This document shows positions 9,062-19,874 of a stretch of DNA of 58,452 nt, piece by piece. Numbering within the stretch: position 1 is the stretch's first letter; each line of letters starts with the position of its first letter. The stretch lies in NCBI GenBank assembly GCA_034087725.1, contig JAXDXW010000071.1, positions 1 to 58,452 on the forward strand, in the 5' to 3' direction. Position numbers and translations under genes: made by a program. The notes beneath the pieces are model-generated. The model searched no databases and had not been told where the DNA came from. It worked only from the letters and a program-made list of their open reading frames with translations. Source of the stretch: Candidatus Onthovivens sp. GTDB taxonomy: Bacteria; Bacillota_I; Bacilli_A; RFN20; CAG-826.

Positions 9062-12000
9062 TTAAGCACCAAATTTCTTAATTCTTTCCCATCTATCTTT
9101 TGCAGATTGTTCGCATTTTTCGAACAATTCTTCAAAGTGTTCTGGGTTGACTTTTGGTAATTGAGAGTATCTTGTTTCTTTTAATAAGAATTCTCTAAAT
9201 TTAGTAAAGTCTGGCTCTTTACAATCTAATTCAAGAGCAGGTTTGCCTTGTTCTAGCTTGCGTGGATCGTAGCGGAATGTTGTGAAATATCCACATTCAA
9301 CAGCTTCTTTTTCAGTAGCAATTGAATTAACTAAACCGCCTTTAATGCCTTGGTTAATACATGGTGCGTAACAAATAATTAAAGATGGACCGTTGTAACT
9401 TTCAGCTTCTTTAAATGCTTGAATTGCTTTCATTGGGTTTGCGCCTAAAGCAACTTGAGCAACATAAACTGTACCATAGCTCATAGCCATTAATGCCAAG
9501 TTTTTCTTTCTAGTCTTTTTACCACTTGCAGTAAATTGAGCGATACTACCAGTTTGTGAAGACTTAGAAGATTGTCCGCCAGTATTTGAGTAAACTTCAG
9601 TATCAAGAACCATGACATTAACATCATCTTCGCTAGCTAATACATGATCTAAACCGCCGTAACCAATATCGTATGACCATCCATCACCACCGATAATCCA
9701 AACTGATTTATCAAGTAAGTCTCTTTCGAAATCAAGAACCTCTTTAACAGATTCATCTTTACTTGCTTTAACTTGTTCAACAAGAGTAGGAATAATCTTT
9801 CTTGCGGTGTCTTTATTTTTAATATTGGCAAGATATGTCTTAATAGTTTCCTTTAACTCATCTTCGACTGTTTCGCTTGCAAGCGCAGCTTCTAAAATAC
9901 GGCAGATTTGCATTAATTTATAATTAGTAGCAAGTCTCATACCATAACCGTATTCAGCATTATCCTCGAATAAAGAGTTAGCCCATGCAACACCATTTCC
10001 GTTTTTATCGGTAACGAAAGGAGTTAAAGGAGTTGATCCACTATAAATTGAACTACAGCCAGTTGCATTAGCAACTAACATATCTTTTCCGAATAATTGT
10101 GAAAGTAATCTATAATAAGGAGTTTCACCACAACCAGCACAAGCTCCACTTACTTCCATGTATGGCATTAAGAAGCCGACACCTTTAACAGTTGTTGTAG
10201 GGAATTTATCTGTCTTATATTCTGTGTGTTTATATAAATAAGTAGCAAACTCTTCTTTATCAAATTGAGATTTTGCTTCGACCATTTTTAATGCATATTT
10301 GTCAGCACCTAAACCTTTTGCTTTTGCAGCTTTATTTGCTAAACATTCACTTGCACAAAGTCCACATCCTACACAGTTCTTTGGTGAGACTTGGATAACA
10401 AAATGCATTCCAGCAACACTTGGGCCTTTAGCTGGAGTGACAGCATCTTTTAAGCCTGCTGGTCCTTTTGCTAATTCTTCATCTGTTAATAAGAATGGAC
10501 GAATTGTTGCATGTGGGCAAACAAATGCACATTGATTACATTGTAAGCAGTTTGCTTTGTTCCATTCTGGGACTCTATCTGCAATACTTCTTTGTTCTTT
10601 ATAAGTAATGTTTTCTTCCATAGTTCCATCAAGTAATTCAAATTCAGTAAATTTAGAAACAGGAATATCATTACCATCAAGTGTGTTGACATGGTCAACA
10701 TAAGAATCAAAATATTCGTCTCCAATAGAAGTTCTTTCTCTAACTACAGGCAATTTTGTCCATTCAGGATCAACTTTGACTTCCCTTAAACCTTCAGTAC
10801 CTTTATCAATTGCTTTCCAGTTAAGTTCGACAATTTCTTGACCTTTTTTACTATATGTTTTTTCAGCTAATTTCTTCATCCATTTATTTGCTTCTTCATA
10901 AGGCATAATTTGTGGATTTAAATAGAAGAATGCGCTTTGTAAAATTGTATTAGTGTGTCTTCCCATACCAATTTCCAATGCGATCTTGTTAGCGTCGATG
11001 ACATAGAATTTTGCACCTTTTGATGCTAATTGATTTTTAACTCTATTAGGTAAAGATTTAATTAAGGTCTCATCATCCATATCAGTATTTAATAAGAATG
11101 TTCCGCCTTTCTTTAAATTCTTTAACATATCGAATCTAAATACATATGTGTCTAATGAGCAAGAAATAAAGTCAGCATGTTCTACATAATATGTTGAATG
11201 AATTGGTTCTTTACCAAATCTTAAGTGAGAGCGTGTAACACCACCAGATTTTCTTGAGTCATATGCAAAATAAGCTTGAGCATATTGATGGGTTGCATCA
11301 CCAATAATTTTAATAGAAGATTTGTTAGCACCAACAGTTCCATCACTACCTAAACCATAGAACAAGCATGATGTATATGTGTGAGCAATTTCATAGCTAT
11401 CATCAACTGGTAATGATAAATGAGTAACATCATCGATGATACCAACTGTGAAATTATGGAATTCTTTTCCAGAAAGCATGACATCATAAACGGCTTTGAT
11501 GTGTTTTGGTTGTGTGTCTTTACTACTTAAGCCATATCTTCCGCCGATAACTTTAATATCAGTTCTACCTGTTAAAGTTAATGCTGTAACAACATCTTCG
11601 TATAAAGGTTCACCGACAGCACCCATTTCTTTTGTTCTATCTAAAACAGCAATTTCTTTAACTGTTGAAGGAATAACACTTGCTAAATGTTTAGCGCTAA
11701 ATGGTCTATAGAGATGGACTTTAACTAAACCAACTTTTTCACCTTTTGAAGTTAAATCATTAACGACTTCTAAAGCAGTTTCAGTTACACTACCCATAGC
11801 AATTATTACTTTAGTTGCTTCTGGATCACCAACATAAACAAATGGAGCGTATGTTCTTCCGGTTAATCTTGTTGCTTCCTTGAAATATTTATCTGCAATA
11901 TCTATAACCTTATTGAAATGTTCGTTTTGTGCTTCTCTGCCTTGGAAGTAAATATCATCATTTTCAGCACCTCCACGAGTAACTGGGTGAGTGTGTGGAT

Positions 12001-12634
12001 TAAGAGCTCTTGCTCTAAATTCCTCGACTTTTTCTCTATTCAAAAGCTTTTCCCATTCTTCATCAGCAACGAATTCAACATTTTGAATTTCGTGACTTGT
12101 TCTAAAACCATCGAAGAAATGGCAAATTGGATAGCTTGCTTCAATCGAAATTAAATGAGCAACTGGAGTTAAATCAGCTACTTCTTGAACAGAATGTGAG
12201 CAAAGCATTGCGATTCCTGTTTGTCTTATAGCATAGACATCTTGATGATCACCAAAAATAGAAAGTGAACGAGTTGCTAAGCTTCTTGCACTAACATGCA
12301 TAACAGCTGGTAAAAGTTCACCACACCATTTATAAATGTTAGGAATCATTAATAATAATCCTTGGCTAGCTGTATAAGTTGTAGCTAAAGAACCACCTTG
12401 TAAAGCTCCGTGAAGTGCTCCACTTGCGCCTGCTTCACTTTGCATTTCACATACTTTTACAACATTTCCAAAAAAGTTCTTTTTACCTTTGCTTGCGTAT
12501 TGATCAACATAATCAGCCATTGGGCTTGAAGGTGTAATAGGATAAATAGCAGCTACTTCTGTAAAATTATAACTACCAATAGCAGCAGCTGTATTACCAT
12601 CAACACTAAGCATTGTTTTCTTAACGTCTGACAT
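9062..12634 (-). CDS. nifJ: Pyruvate:ferredoxin (flavodoxin) oxidoreductase, single-chain
   Basis: Motifs YPITPSS, EMQSEAGA, 2x[4Fe-4S] CLQCNQC/CVGCGLC, GACAGCGE and GGDGWSYDIG. Start set at ATG 12634 (AAGGAGA RBS). Confidence 0.97.
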   Translation of the reverse strand: MSDVKKTMLSVDGNTAAAIGSYNFTEVAAIYPITPSSPMADYVDQYASKGKKNFFGNVVKVCEMQSEAGASGALHGALQGGSLATTYTASQGLLLMIPNIYKWCGELLPAVMHVSARSLATRSLSIFGDHQDVYAIRQTGIAMLCSHSVQEVADLTPVAHLISIEASYPICHFFDGFRTSHEIQNVEFVADEEWEKLLNREKVEEFRARALNPHTHPVTRGGAENDDIYFQGREAQNEHFNKVIDIADKYFKEATRLTGRTYAPFVYVGDPEATKVIIAMGSVTETALEVVNDLTSKGEKVGLVKVHLYRPFSAKHLASVIPSTVKEIAVLDRTKEMGAVGEPLYEDVVTALTLTGRTDIKVIGGRYGLSSKDTQPKHIKAVYDVMLSGKEFHNFTVGIIDDVTHLSLPVDDSYEIAHTYTSCLFYGLGSDGTVGANKSSIKIIGDATHQYAQAYFAYDSRKSGGVTRSHLRFGKEPIHSTYYVEHADFISCSLDTYVFRFDMLKNLKKGGTFLLNTDMDDETLIKSLPNRVKNQLASKGAKFYVIDANKIALEIGMGRHTNTILQSAFFYLNPQIMPYEEANKWMKKLAEKTYSKKGQEIVELNWKAIDKGTEGLREVKVDPEWTKLPVVRERTSIGDEYFDSYVDHVNTLDGNDIPVSKFTEFELLDGTMEENITYKEQRSIADRVPEWNKANCLQCNQCAFVCPHATIRPFLLTDEELAKGPAGLKDAVTPAKGPSVAGMHFVIQVSPKNCVGCGLCASECLANKAAKAKGLGADKYALKMVEAKSQFDKEEFATYLYKHTEYKTDKFPTTTVKGVGFLMPYMEVSGACAGCGETPYYRLLSQLFGKDMLVANATGCSSIYSGSTPLTPFVTDKNGNGVAWANSLFEDNAEYGYGMRLATNYKLMQICRILEAALASETVEDELKETIKTYLANIKNKDTARKIIPTLVEQVKASKDESVKEVLDFERDLLDKSVWIIGGDGWSYDIGYGGLDHVLASEDDVNVMVLDTEVYSNTGGQSSKSSQTGSIAQFTASGKKTRKKNLALMAMSYGTVYVAQVALGANPMKAIQAFKEAESYNGPSLIICYAPCINQGIKGGLVNSIATEKEAVECGYFTTFRYDPRKLEQGKPALELDCKEPDFTKFREFLLKETRYSQLPKVNPEHFEELFEKCEQSAKDRWERIKKFGA

Positions 12635-12794
12635 TTTAAATCTCCTTTTTTCAAACAAAATTATTATATAATTTTAAACTAATGAATTAAATAAGGAATT
12701 TATGTTTAAAACATAAAATTTTCCGTCTAAAACGACACAAAATATAATATTATTGTTGAAAAACATATCAACTTTTTATAAGATAATTGAGCAT

Positions 12795-12869
12795 GCTCCC
12801 TTAGCCAAGCTGGCAAGGCAATTGACTGCAACTCAATGATCGTTGGTTCAAATCCGACAGGGAGCTCCA
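12795..12869 (+). tRNA. tRNA-Cys (GCA)
   Basis: Acceptor stem GCTCCCT/AGGGAGC, anticodon arm ATTGA-ctGCAac-TCAAT, TTCAAAT T-loop, U73 discriminator, encoded CCA. Confidence 0.95.
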
Positions 12870-12925
12870 AGTTTAAAAGAAATCAGGTCTAATTTAGGCC
12901 TTTTATTTTTGCGCATTTCAAGTTT

Positions 12926-12954
12926 AAAAAAGCGACGATTACATCGCTTTTTTT
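12926..12954. terminator. Bidirectional terminator between tRNA-Cys and potD
   Basis: A6-GCGA...TCGC-T7 hairpin between convergent genes. Confidence 0.7.
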
Positions 12955-12981
12955 GAAAAAATATACGGGTTTTGCAGGGTT

Positions 12982-14520
12982 TTATTTATTTCTAAGGGCT
13001 TTTCTTTTCTTTACTTTATATTTTTTTACAATATTATAGGTGCCTAAATAAAGCAAAACAGCAGCTACAAATATAATTAAAGATACTATTACAAATGTAG
13101 GTAATGGATTGACTTTTACATCTTCCCACATTTTAACAATTTTATTATTATCTTTACCAAAATCTTGCATTACATAGAGTCTACCAATTTCGCTTTCTTC
13201 TGGATATTGAGCTTTTAAAGTACGTCCTTCCCAAGAATCAGGGTCAACTTGAAGAATAATTTCTTCACTTGTTCCAAAGAAATAGGAAATGTCGTAATCA
13301 ATTACTCCTTCTTCTCCTTCCATATCATAACTATCATAAAGGTATGAAAGAATTGGATTTTCCTCAATTTCTAAAGATGTACCACTAATAAATGATGTAT
13401 ATCCTGTGCAATACATATTTGCGGTAACAGATTCTGGCTCAGATAGAAAATCTAAAAATTTACAAGCATACTCGTAATTTTTCGAATCCTTATCAACGGT
13501 TTTTGGCATGCACCACGCATCAAACCAAATATTTGCACCAGAAGAAGGTAAAGCGTAATATAATTCTGTTCTTATACCATCAGGTTTTTCCTCTTCGTAA
13601 CTTTCGTCCTCGCCTGGGTAATATTGTCCTTGTAAAATTGAGAAGCAAGCATCACCACTCCGTGCTAAATTCATTCCAATCTTTTTTGTAACAATATCAT
13701 TTTTTCCGCTATCTACTTCAAATCCAAAAATATTGTCTTTTAACTGAATTAATCTATTCTTAACATTTTCAATCGCTTCATCGCTGTGATCGTTAAAATA
13801 AATATTATTTTTATCATCGTAAGAAATGGAGTCATCTAAAAATTTATCTTTATATATTTCGAGAATGCCTAAAGCATACGTATCACGCATACTGTCTTTA
13901 ATAGATTGTGTTCCTTTATAATTAGGATTCCAAAAAGCGCTCCACCCATTTTCACTATTTAGTTCTTCGACAATATCTTCTTTTTCCATTCCTCTAGAGA
14001 CGAATGTCGAATAAGTAGGATTGTATAAAATACCCAATGTTCCCCGCATGTATCCTTTAGCAAATTCTGATAAAATACCTAACTTTTGCGAGGTTTTTTT
14101 ATCAAAAACATTGATTTTATCAATAATGCCAGGATTTTCAGAATCGTGAGAAACTAAATATGTCGAAACATTTTCCTCGTATGTTTCTAAGTCTGAAATC
14201 TTTTGAATGAGCCCTTCACTGGCTAAACGTTGAATCATGTATTCACTACAACAAATTAAATCATAGTTTGCTTTCCCGGTTTGAAGTTCGTTATACATCG
14301 TTTCGTTTGTGTCATAAGTCTCGTAAATGATTTCACACTCAGTATTTGCTTCATTAAATTGAGCTATCAATTCTTCATCAATATAGTCTTCAGCATTTAA
14401 AATATGAATATATACTTTACCATTATCCCCATTATTGTTGCTATTACCACAACTTCCTAAGGAAAATAAACTCACTAAAGAAAAAGATAAAATGGATATA
14501 AATTTACTATTTTTACGCAT
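12982..14520 (-). CDS. potD: Spermidine/putrescine ABC transporter substrate-binding lipoprotein with an extra C-terminal TM helix
   Basis: Lipobox LGSC; motifs YETYDTNETMY, YM(W)GTLGILYN, A(W)SGDA and NIWFDAWCMPK. Two in-frame CGG at conserved Trp sites (14044-14046, 13660-13662). Confidence 0.9.
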   Translation of the reverse strand: MRKNSKFISILSFSLVSLFSLGSCGNSNNNGDNGKVYIHILNAEDYIDEELIAQFNEANTECEIIYETYDTNETMYNELQTGKANYDLICCSEYMIQRLASEGLIQKISDLETYEENVSTYLVSHDSENPGIIDKINVFDKKTSQKLGILSEFAKGYMRGTLGILYNPTYSTFVSRGMEKEDIVEELNSENGWSAFWNPNYKGTQSIKDSMRDTYALGILEIYKDKFLDDSISYDDKNNIYFNDHSDEAIENVKNRLIQLKDNIFGFEVDSGKNDIVTKKIGMNLARSGDACFSILQGQYYPGEDESYEEEKPDGIRTELYYALPSSGANIWFDAWCMPKTVDKDSKNYEYACKFLDFLSEPESVTANMYCTGYTSFISGTSLEIEENPILSYLYDSYDMEGEEGVIDYDISYFFGTSEEIILQVDPDSWEGRTLKAQYPEESEIGRLYVMQDFGKDNNKIVKMWEDVKVNPLPTFVIVSLIIFVAAVLLYLGTYNIVKKYKVKKRKALRNK

Positions 14521-15364
14521 TTAAAGATCTCCCCTTTCTAACTTTGTGTAAGCCTTTTTTCTTATTTTTTAATAAGGAAATAATGATTACTGCAACTAAA
14601 ACGAACAAGAATATTATTGTTGTTAACGGCCTCATATTTGGTGGTATTGGACCTTTTTTAATTTTTGCTTGAACTAATGTAGATAATGTTTCAATATTAC
14701 CTTCTCCACTTAACAAGCCTGGTCCTCTAGTAAATGCTGTTATAATAAAATCATCCAAAGATAAGGTAAAGGATAATAAGAATCCACTAACTATACCAGG
14801 TAATATTTGTGGTATAAGAACTTTATGTAAAGCTCTAGATGGAGAGCAGCCTAAATCAAGAGCTGCCTCATAAAGAGAAGGATCCATTTGTGTCAATTTT
14901 GGTTTTACATTTAAGTAAACAAATGGGACGCTAATAACAACATGGCCAATTAAAAGAGTCCAAAAAGAAAATATATTTTCATGAAAAACTGCATTACCAA
15001 AAAAGACAAATAAAACAGTTAAGCTTAACGCTATAACAATTTCAGCGTTAACTACAGGTATTTGATTTAAACTTTCAATTGCGTGTCTTGATCTTTTTTT
15101 AGAATAAAACGCCCCAATTGCTCCGGTAGTGCCGAGCAAAACAGATATTGCACTACTAATTAAAGCAATTATTAACGTATTGCCAAGAGCTGTCATAATT
15201 TCTTTATCTTGAAAAAGATTTACATATAAAATTCCATTAAATCCGTTCCACTCACCTATATATGTAGAATTTGTAAAGCTAAAAACAATTAATACTAAAA
15301 TAGGAACATACATTAAAAGAAGGATTAAATAAATATAAGAATAGGCAAGAATCTTTTTTACCAT
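14513..15364 (-). CDS. potC: Spermidine/putrescine ABC permease
   Basis: Motifs YVPILVLIVFSF, LYEAALDLG and SFTLSLDDF; lies in the pot operon. Confidence 0.93.
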   Translation of the reverse strand: MVKKILAYSYIYLILLLMYVPILVLIVFSFTNSTYIGEWNGFNGILYVNLFQDKEIMTALGNTLIIALISSAISVLLGTTGAIGAFYSKKRSRHAIESLNQIPVVNAEIVIALSLTVLFVFFGNAVFHENIFSFWTLLIGHVVISVPFVYLNVKPKLTQMDPSLYEAALDLGCSPSRALHKVLIPQILPGIVSGFLLSFTLSLDDFIITAFTRGPGLLSGEGNIETLSTLVQAKIKKGPIPPNMRPLTTIIFLFVLVAVIIISLLKNKKKGLHKVRKGRSLNA

Positions 15365-16155
15365 ATTGATGCCCTCCCTTCGTCTTCTTTTTCAGAAAAA
15401 TTACGAGTTACGAGTGTTGAAATGCCAATTATTAAAAGCATAATAAGAGCCATTAATGATCCATCACCCCATTGATAATTTGAAAAATTCAAATAGATAG
15501 AATTACCAAACAACACAACTTTACCTTCTGAGAGAATTTCAGGTATAACATAACTAGACATAGTAGGCATGAAAACCATCATTGCAGCACTAATTACCCC
15601 TGGAACAGATTGTGGGAAAATGGATTTTGTAAAAACTTGAACCTTATTGCAGCCAAGATCCATAGCTGCTTCGATTTGAGATTTATCAAGTTTTAACATT
15701 GTGGTGTATAGTGGCAATATAACAAAAGGCAAATAGTTATAAACTAAACCAATTGTTGTAGCAACATAAGGGTGCTCGCCACCATTTAATCCAATCCAAG
15801 TTAAAACATCACGAGTTGCACCTGTTCTTAAAACAAAGTTAATCCACATCGGCATAACAAATAGCATAACAATTACATAATTTGAATTATATTTCTTATT
15901 AGCTAGCAAATACGCAATAGGATATCCAATAACTAAACAAATTATCGTATTTAAAACACCAAATAATAAAGAAACTAATAAAACATTCAGCTTATTTGTG
16001 CTTGAAAAGAAATTTACAAAAGCATCCATTGTAAAATTGCCATTTGTATCTGTAAAAGCATAAAAAACAATTAATAGAATTGGCAAAACAACAAATAAAA
16101 TAAGGAAAAGGAAATAAGGGATGCAAAGGTATTTCCTTTGAAATCTAAATTTCAT
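15358..16155 (-). CDS. potB: Spermidine/putrescine ABC permease
   Basis: Motifs PMWINFVLR, YNYLPFVILPLY and IEAAMDLG. Confidence 0.93.
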   Translation of the reverse strand: MKFRFQRKYLCIPYFLFLILFVVLPILLIVFYAFTDTNGNFTMDAFVNFFSSTNKLNVLLVSLLFGVLNTIICLVIGYPIAYLLANKKYNSNYVIVMLFVMPMWINFVLRTGATRDVLTWIGLNGGEHPYVATTIGLVYNYLPFVILPLYTTMLKLDKSQIEAAMDLGCNKVQVFTKSIFPQSVPGVISAAMMVFMPTMSSYVIPEILSEGKVVLFGNSIYLNFSNYQWGDGSLMALIMLLIIGISTLVTRNFSEKEDEGRASIW

Positions 16156-17818
16156 ATTCGCTTATTTCCTTTTTCAATCTTAAACGAATATATTTTTTAT
16201 CAATATGAATTCCGACTTTATCAAATAAATTATATGTATAAGGGGTAACACAAACAAAGTCTTCTTCATTTTCTGTTCTTACAATTAATTGATAGTGATC
16301 ACCTTTATAAACACTATCAACAATCTCACCTACTACTGTGGCTTCTTCACTTTCAATGTCGTCAACAATCTCAACATTTGAAATATCAACTTCGCAAACA
16401 ACAGGAGCGTCAGTTAAATCATATTTCTTTTTATTGTCTTTACTTTCTAAATAGCCATCATCAGTAACCACTGAATGAGGTAAAAGTTGAGTAATGTCAC
16501 ATTCAAATGGAGTTTCATCAATAACAACTTTATTTTCTTTATTTATATAAGAATCAGTATAAATATTTGTAACAAAGTCTTTCTTCATAATATGAATAGA
16601 ATCTTTTTCAATAATAAGACCAACTTCCAAATTTAAAGGATAGTCTTTAGTTGATTTAACTAAACATTCATTTTTATTAATCATAATAGTATATTCAAAG
16701 TTCATTCCTTTAAATATTTTGTTGGTTATTACGCCTTTAATCATTCCTTTTGTTGGTTCGACAATCTCAACGTCTTCAGGTCTAACAACAACATCGACTT
16801 TTTCATTAACAGGGAAATCATCCAAACACTCAAATGAATTATTTAAAAATCTAACTTTTAATTTATCTGACATTGTTGCATTATAAATATTACTTTCGCC
16901 AATAAAGTCAGCAACAAATGCATTTTTAGGCTCATCGTAAATCATTTTTGGCGTACCAATTTGTTGGATTAAGCCATCTTTCATAACAACTATCGTATCA
17001 GACATCGTTAATGCTTCTTCTTGGTCATGAGTAACATAAATAAATGTGATCCCAAGTTTTTCATGCATCGCCTTTAATTCAAGTTGCATGTCTTTTCTCA
17101 TTTTTAAATCGAGAGCACCTAAAGGTTCGTCAAGGAGCAAAATTTCTGGCTCATTGACAATAGCTCTTGCAATAGCAACACGTTGTTGTTGACCGCCGCT
17201 TAAGGTTGATACATCTCTATCTTCCAATGAATCTAAATCTACTATTTTTAAGGCTCTAGCTACTTTTGCATCGATTTCTTGTGCTGTTAACTTTTTATAT
17301 TTATAAGCCTGCTCAGGAGTGCTTAATAAATTATCAATTTTTGCTTGAAGAGAAGCTAACTTTTCTTTCTTTTCATCTTCGCTAAGTAATTTGTTTTTCT
17401 TAGTTATACGATAATCTTCTTTTAACTTTTTTACCTTTTCTTTGTTTACTTTCAAAATAGGATTACCCTTTTCATCTTTTAATTCGATTGGAATTTTCTT
17501 CAATCGTAATCCAAAGGCAACATTTTCATAAACATCTAAATGTGGAAAAAGTGCATAACGTTGAAAAACCATATTAATAGGTCTTTTATTAGGTGGAAGG
17601 TTTGTAATATCCTTTCCTTTTAATAAAATTTCACCTTTACTTGGCAATTCAAATCCAGCAATCATGCGCAAAGTTGTAGACTTACCACAACCACTAGGTC
17701 CTAAAAATGTAATAAATTCACCTTTTTTTACATAGAGGTTAAAATTATCTACTACAGTAACATCATCAAAGATTTTACTTACATTTTTAAGATCAATAAT
17801 GTAATTCTCTTGTACCAT
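16145..17818 (-). CDS. potA: Spermidine/putrescine ABC ATPase with internal insertion and extended C-terminus
   Basis: Motifs GPSGCGKST, VFQRYALFPH, LSGGQQQR and LLLDEP. 557 aa, well above the usual ~360. Confidence 0.93.
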   Translation of the reverse strand: MVQENYIIDLKNVSKIFDDVTVVDNFNLYVKKGEFITFLGPSGCGKSTTLRMIAGFELPSKGEILLKGKDITNLPPNKRPINMVFQRYALFPHLDVYENVAFGLRLKKIPIELKDEKGNPILKVNKEKVKKLKEDYRITKKNKLLSEDEKKEKLASLQAKIDNLLSTPEQAYKYKKLTAQEIDAKVARALKIVDLDSLEDRDVSTLSGGQQQRVAIARAIVNEPEILLLDEPLGALDLKMRKDMQLELKAMHEKLGITFIYVTHDQEEALTMSDTIVVMKDGLIQQIGTPKMIYDEPKNAFVADFIGESNIYNATMSDKLKVRFLNNSFECLDDFPVNEKVDVVVRPEDVEIVEPTKGMIKGVITNKIFKGMNFEYTIMINKNECLVKSTKDYPLNLEVGLIIEKDSIHIMKKDFVTNIYTDSYINKENKVVIDETPFECDITQLLPHSVVTDDGYLESKDNKKKYDLTDAPVVCEVDISNVEIVDDIESEEATVVGEIVDSVYKGDHYQLIVRTENEEDFVCVTPYTYNLFDKVGIHIDKKYIRLRLKKEISEYEI

Positions 17819-17955
17819 TATTAACCCCCTCCAAGTGTTTCAAATTTTCTTTAAAACGAAAAAATTATATGTGTATTTATTTAAAATTAAAATAAAAAAT
17901 TTTTTTTGACTTTTTTTGAGTTCAAAAAATTGATAATTTTACGCACATTTAAATT

Positions 17956-17985
17956 AAAAAAATTACGAACTAGTCGTAATTTTTT
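17956..17985 (-). terminator. Rho-independent terminator of argS
   Basis: AAAAAATTACGA-actag-TCGTAATTTTTT hairpin. Confidence 0.75.
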
Positions 17986-18052
17986 GAATTTTATTAATTT
18001 TGAGTTTTCTAATATATTTTTGCAATAAAATTTAATGTATTTTTGCTATTTT

Positions 18053-19696
18053 TTACATCGATTCTTTGACTTCAACTCCAAGCAAATTTAAACAATTTTT
18101 TAAGACAATTGATGTCGCCTTAACAAGTGCTAATCTTTCAGCAGTAACTTCTTGATTATCTTCATCAATAAATTTGATTTCGTTGTATAAAGAATGGAAT
18201 AAATTTGAAACTTTATAAGCGTATGATGTCAAACGATGAATCTCTTTTGTACGGGCGATATCAATCACTAGATCCTTAAATTCAGAAAGAGATTTTATTA
18301 AAGAAATTTCTTTTTCTTCTATGAGCAATTTATAGACATCTTTTAAAGCAAAAGAAGAATTTTTCTTTAAAACTGAACACATGCGAGCATAAGCGTATTG
18401 AATATAATAAACAGGATTTTCACTACTAGATTTTCTAGCTACATCTAAATCGAAATCAAAATGTGAATCTAAAGTTTTTGAAAGGAAGAAAAATCTAGCA
18501 ACATCGACGCCTACATCTTCACATAGTTCGCGAATTGTAATTGCGTTTCCTGTTCTTTTAGACATTTTTAATTCTTGTCCATTCTCCATAAGGCGAACCA
18601 TTTGAATAATTAAAATCTCTAAATTATCAGGATTATAGCCAAGAATCTTTAAGCCACCTTTTAACCTAGCAATATACCCGTGGTGATCTGCTCCAAATAA
18701 ATTAATTAATTTGTTGTATCCTCTATCAAATTTATCAGCATGATATGCAATATCAGGTAAAAGATAGGTATAACTGCCATCGCTTTTTACTAAAACACGA
18801 TCTTTATCGTCATTAAAATCTGTTGTTTTTAGCCATAAAGCATTTTCATTTTTAAAAGTGTAACCACTATTTTCCAATTTTTCCAAAGTTGATTTAACTT
18901 TATTGCTTTTATATAAACTTCTTTCACTTGTGTAATTATCAAAATGGACCCTAAATAAGTCTAAATCGCGTTTTATTTTATCTAATTCAAGATCAATTCC
19001 AATATTTTTAAAATATTCAATAGCTTCAATTTCAGAAACTTTTAAATATTTATCGCCTTCATTAGCAGCAATATCATTTGCAAGTTTAATAACGTCTTTT
19101 CCTTGATAACCAATCTCATCAAGATTTACTTCAAGATTAAAAGCTTGCTTGTATCGCAAAAATAATGATTTAGCTAAAACATCAATTTGATGTCCAGCAT
19201 CATTTACATAATATTCACGCAAAACATCATATCCGCAAAAAGAGAGAACACGAGTTAGACTATCACCATAAGCTGCTCCTCTTGCGTGTCCTAAATGTAA
19301 ATCCCCGGTTGGATTTGCACTGACATATTCAACCATAACTTTTTCATGATTTCCTGATAAATTTCTTCCATAATCATCACCCAATTCAATAATTGTCTTG
19401 ATAATTTTTGTTAAAGAATCTTTTTTCATAAAAAAATTAATAAATCCTGGTCCGGCAATTTCAACTTTTTCGATGCATTCTTCTTTTTCCAATTTTTCTT
19501 TTAATTTTATAGCAATATCTCTAGGATTTGATTTCAATTGTTTAGAAAGTCTTAGCGCAATCGTTGAAGCATAATCGCCATGTTCCTTATCTTTTGGAGT
19601 TTCTATTGCTATCATCTCATCAGCAACTATTAAGCCAAAAGTTTCATTTAAAGCTTGTTTAATTACATTCATCAAGTTTTGTTTTAAATCAACCAT
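18053..19696 (-). CDS. argS: Arginine--tRNA ligase
   Basis: Motifs HGDYAST, VEYVSANPTGDLHLGHARGA, GADHHGY, KMSKRTG and YIQYAYAR. Start set at ATG 19696 (GAGG RBS). Confidence 0.98.
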   Translation of the reverse strand: MVDLKQNLMNVIKQALNETFGLIVADEMIAIETPKDKEHGDYASTIALRLSKQLKSNPRDIAIKLKEKLEKEECIEKVEIAGPGFINFFMKKDSLTKIIKTIIELGDDYGRNLSGNHEKVMVEYVSANPTGDLHLGHARGAAYGDSLTRVLSFCGYDVLREYYVNDAGHQIDVLAKSLFLRYKQAFNLEVNLDEIGYQGKDVIKLANDIAANEGDKYLKVSEIEAIEYFKNIGIDLELDKIKRDLDLFRVHFDNYTSERSLYKSNKVKSTLEKLENSGYTFKNENALWLKTTDFNDDKDRVLVKSDGSYTYLLPDIAYHADKFDRGYNKLINLFGADHHGYIARLKGGLKILGYNPDNLEILIIQMVRLMENGQELKMSKRTGNAITIRELCEDVGVDVARFFFLSKTLDSHFDFDLDVARKSSSENPVYYIQYAYARMCSVLKKNSSFALKDVYKLLIEEKEISLIKSLSEFKDLVIDIARTKEIHRLTSYAYKVSNLFHSLYNEIKFIDEDNQEVTAERLALVKATSIVLKNCLNLLGVEVKESM

Positions 19697-19874
19697 AAAA
19701 TACCTCAAAAATCTTAATTAGTATATCATTTCCTATTAAAAATAAATATATTCATATATTTAAAATATGTATTTTTTTCCTACTATCAAGGAAGTACAAT
19801 TAATAACTAAAAAATAAAAATCTAAAATTTTACTTGATTTCTGCAGGGTTTTTGAAAAAATTAAAGGGTTTTTG

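Noticed and set aside
17908-17920. GACTTTTTTTGAG repeated at about 17908 and 24526
   Set aside because: Low-complexity, T-rich and only two copies; chance cannot be excluded.
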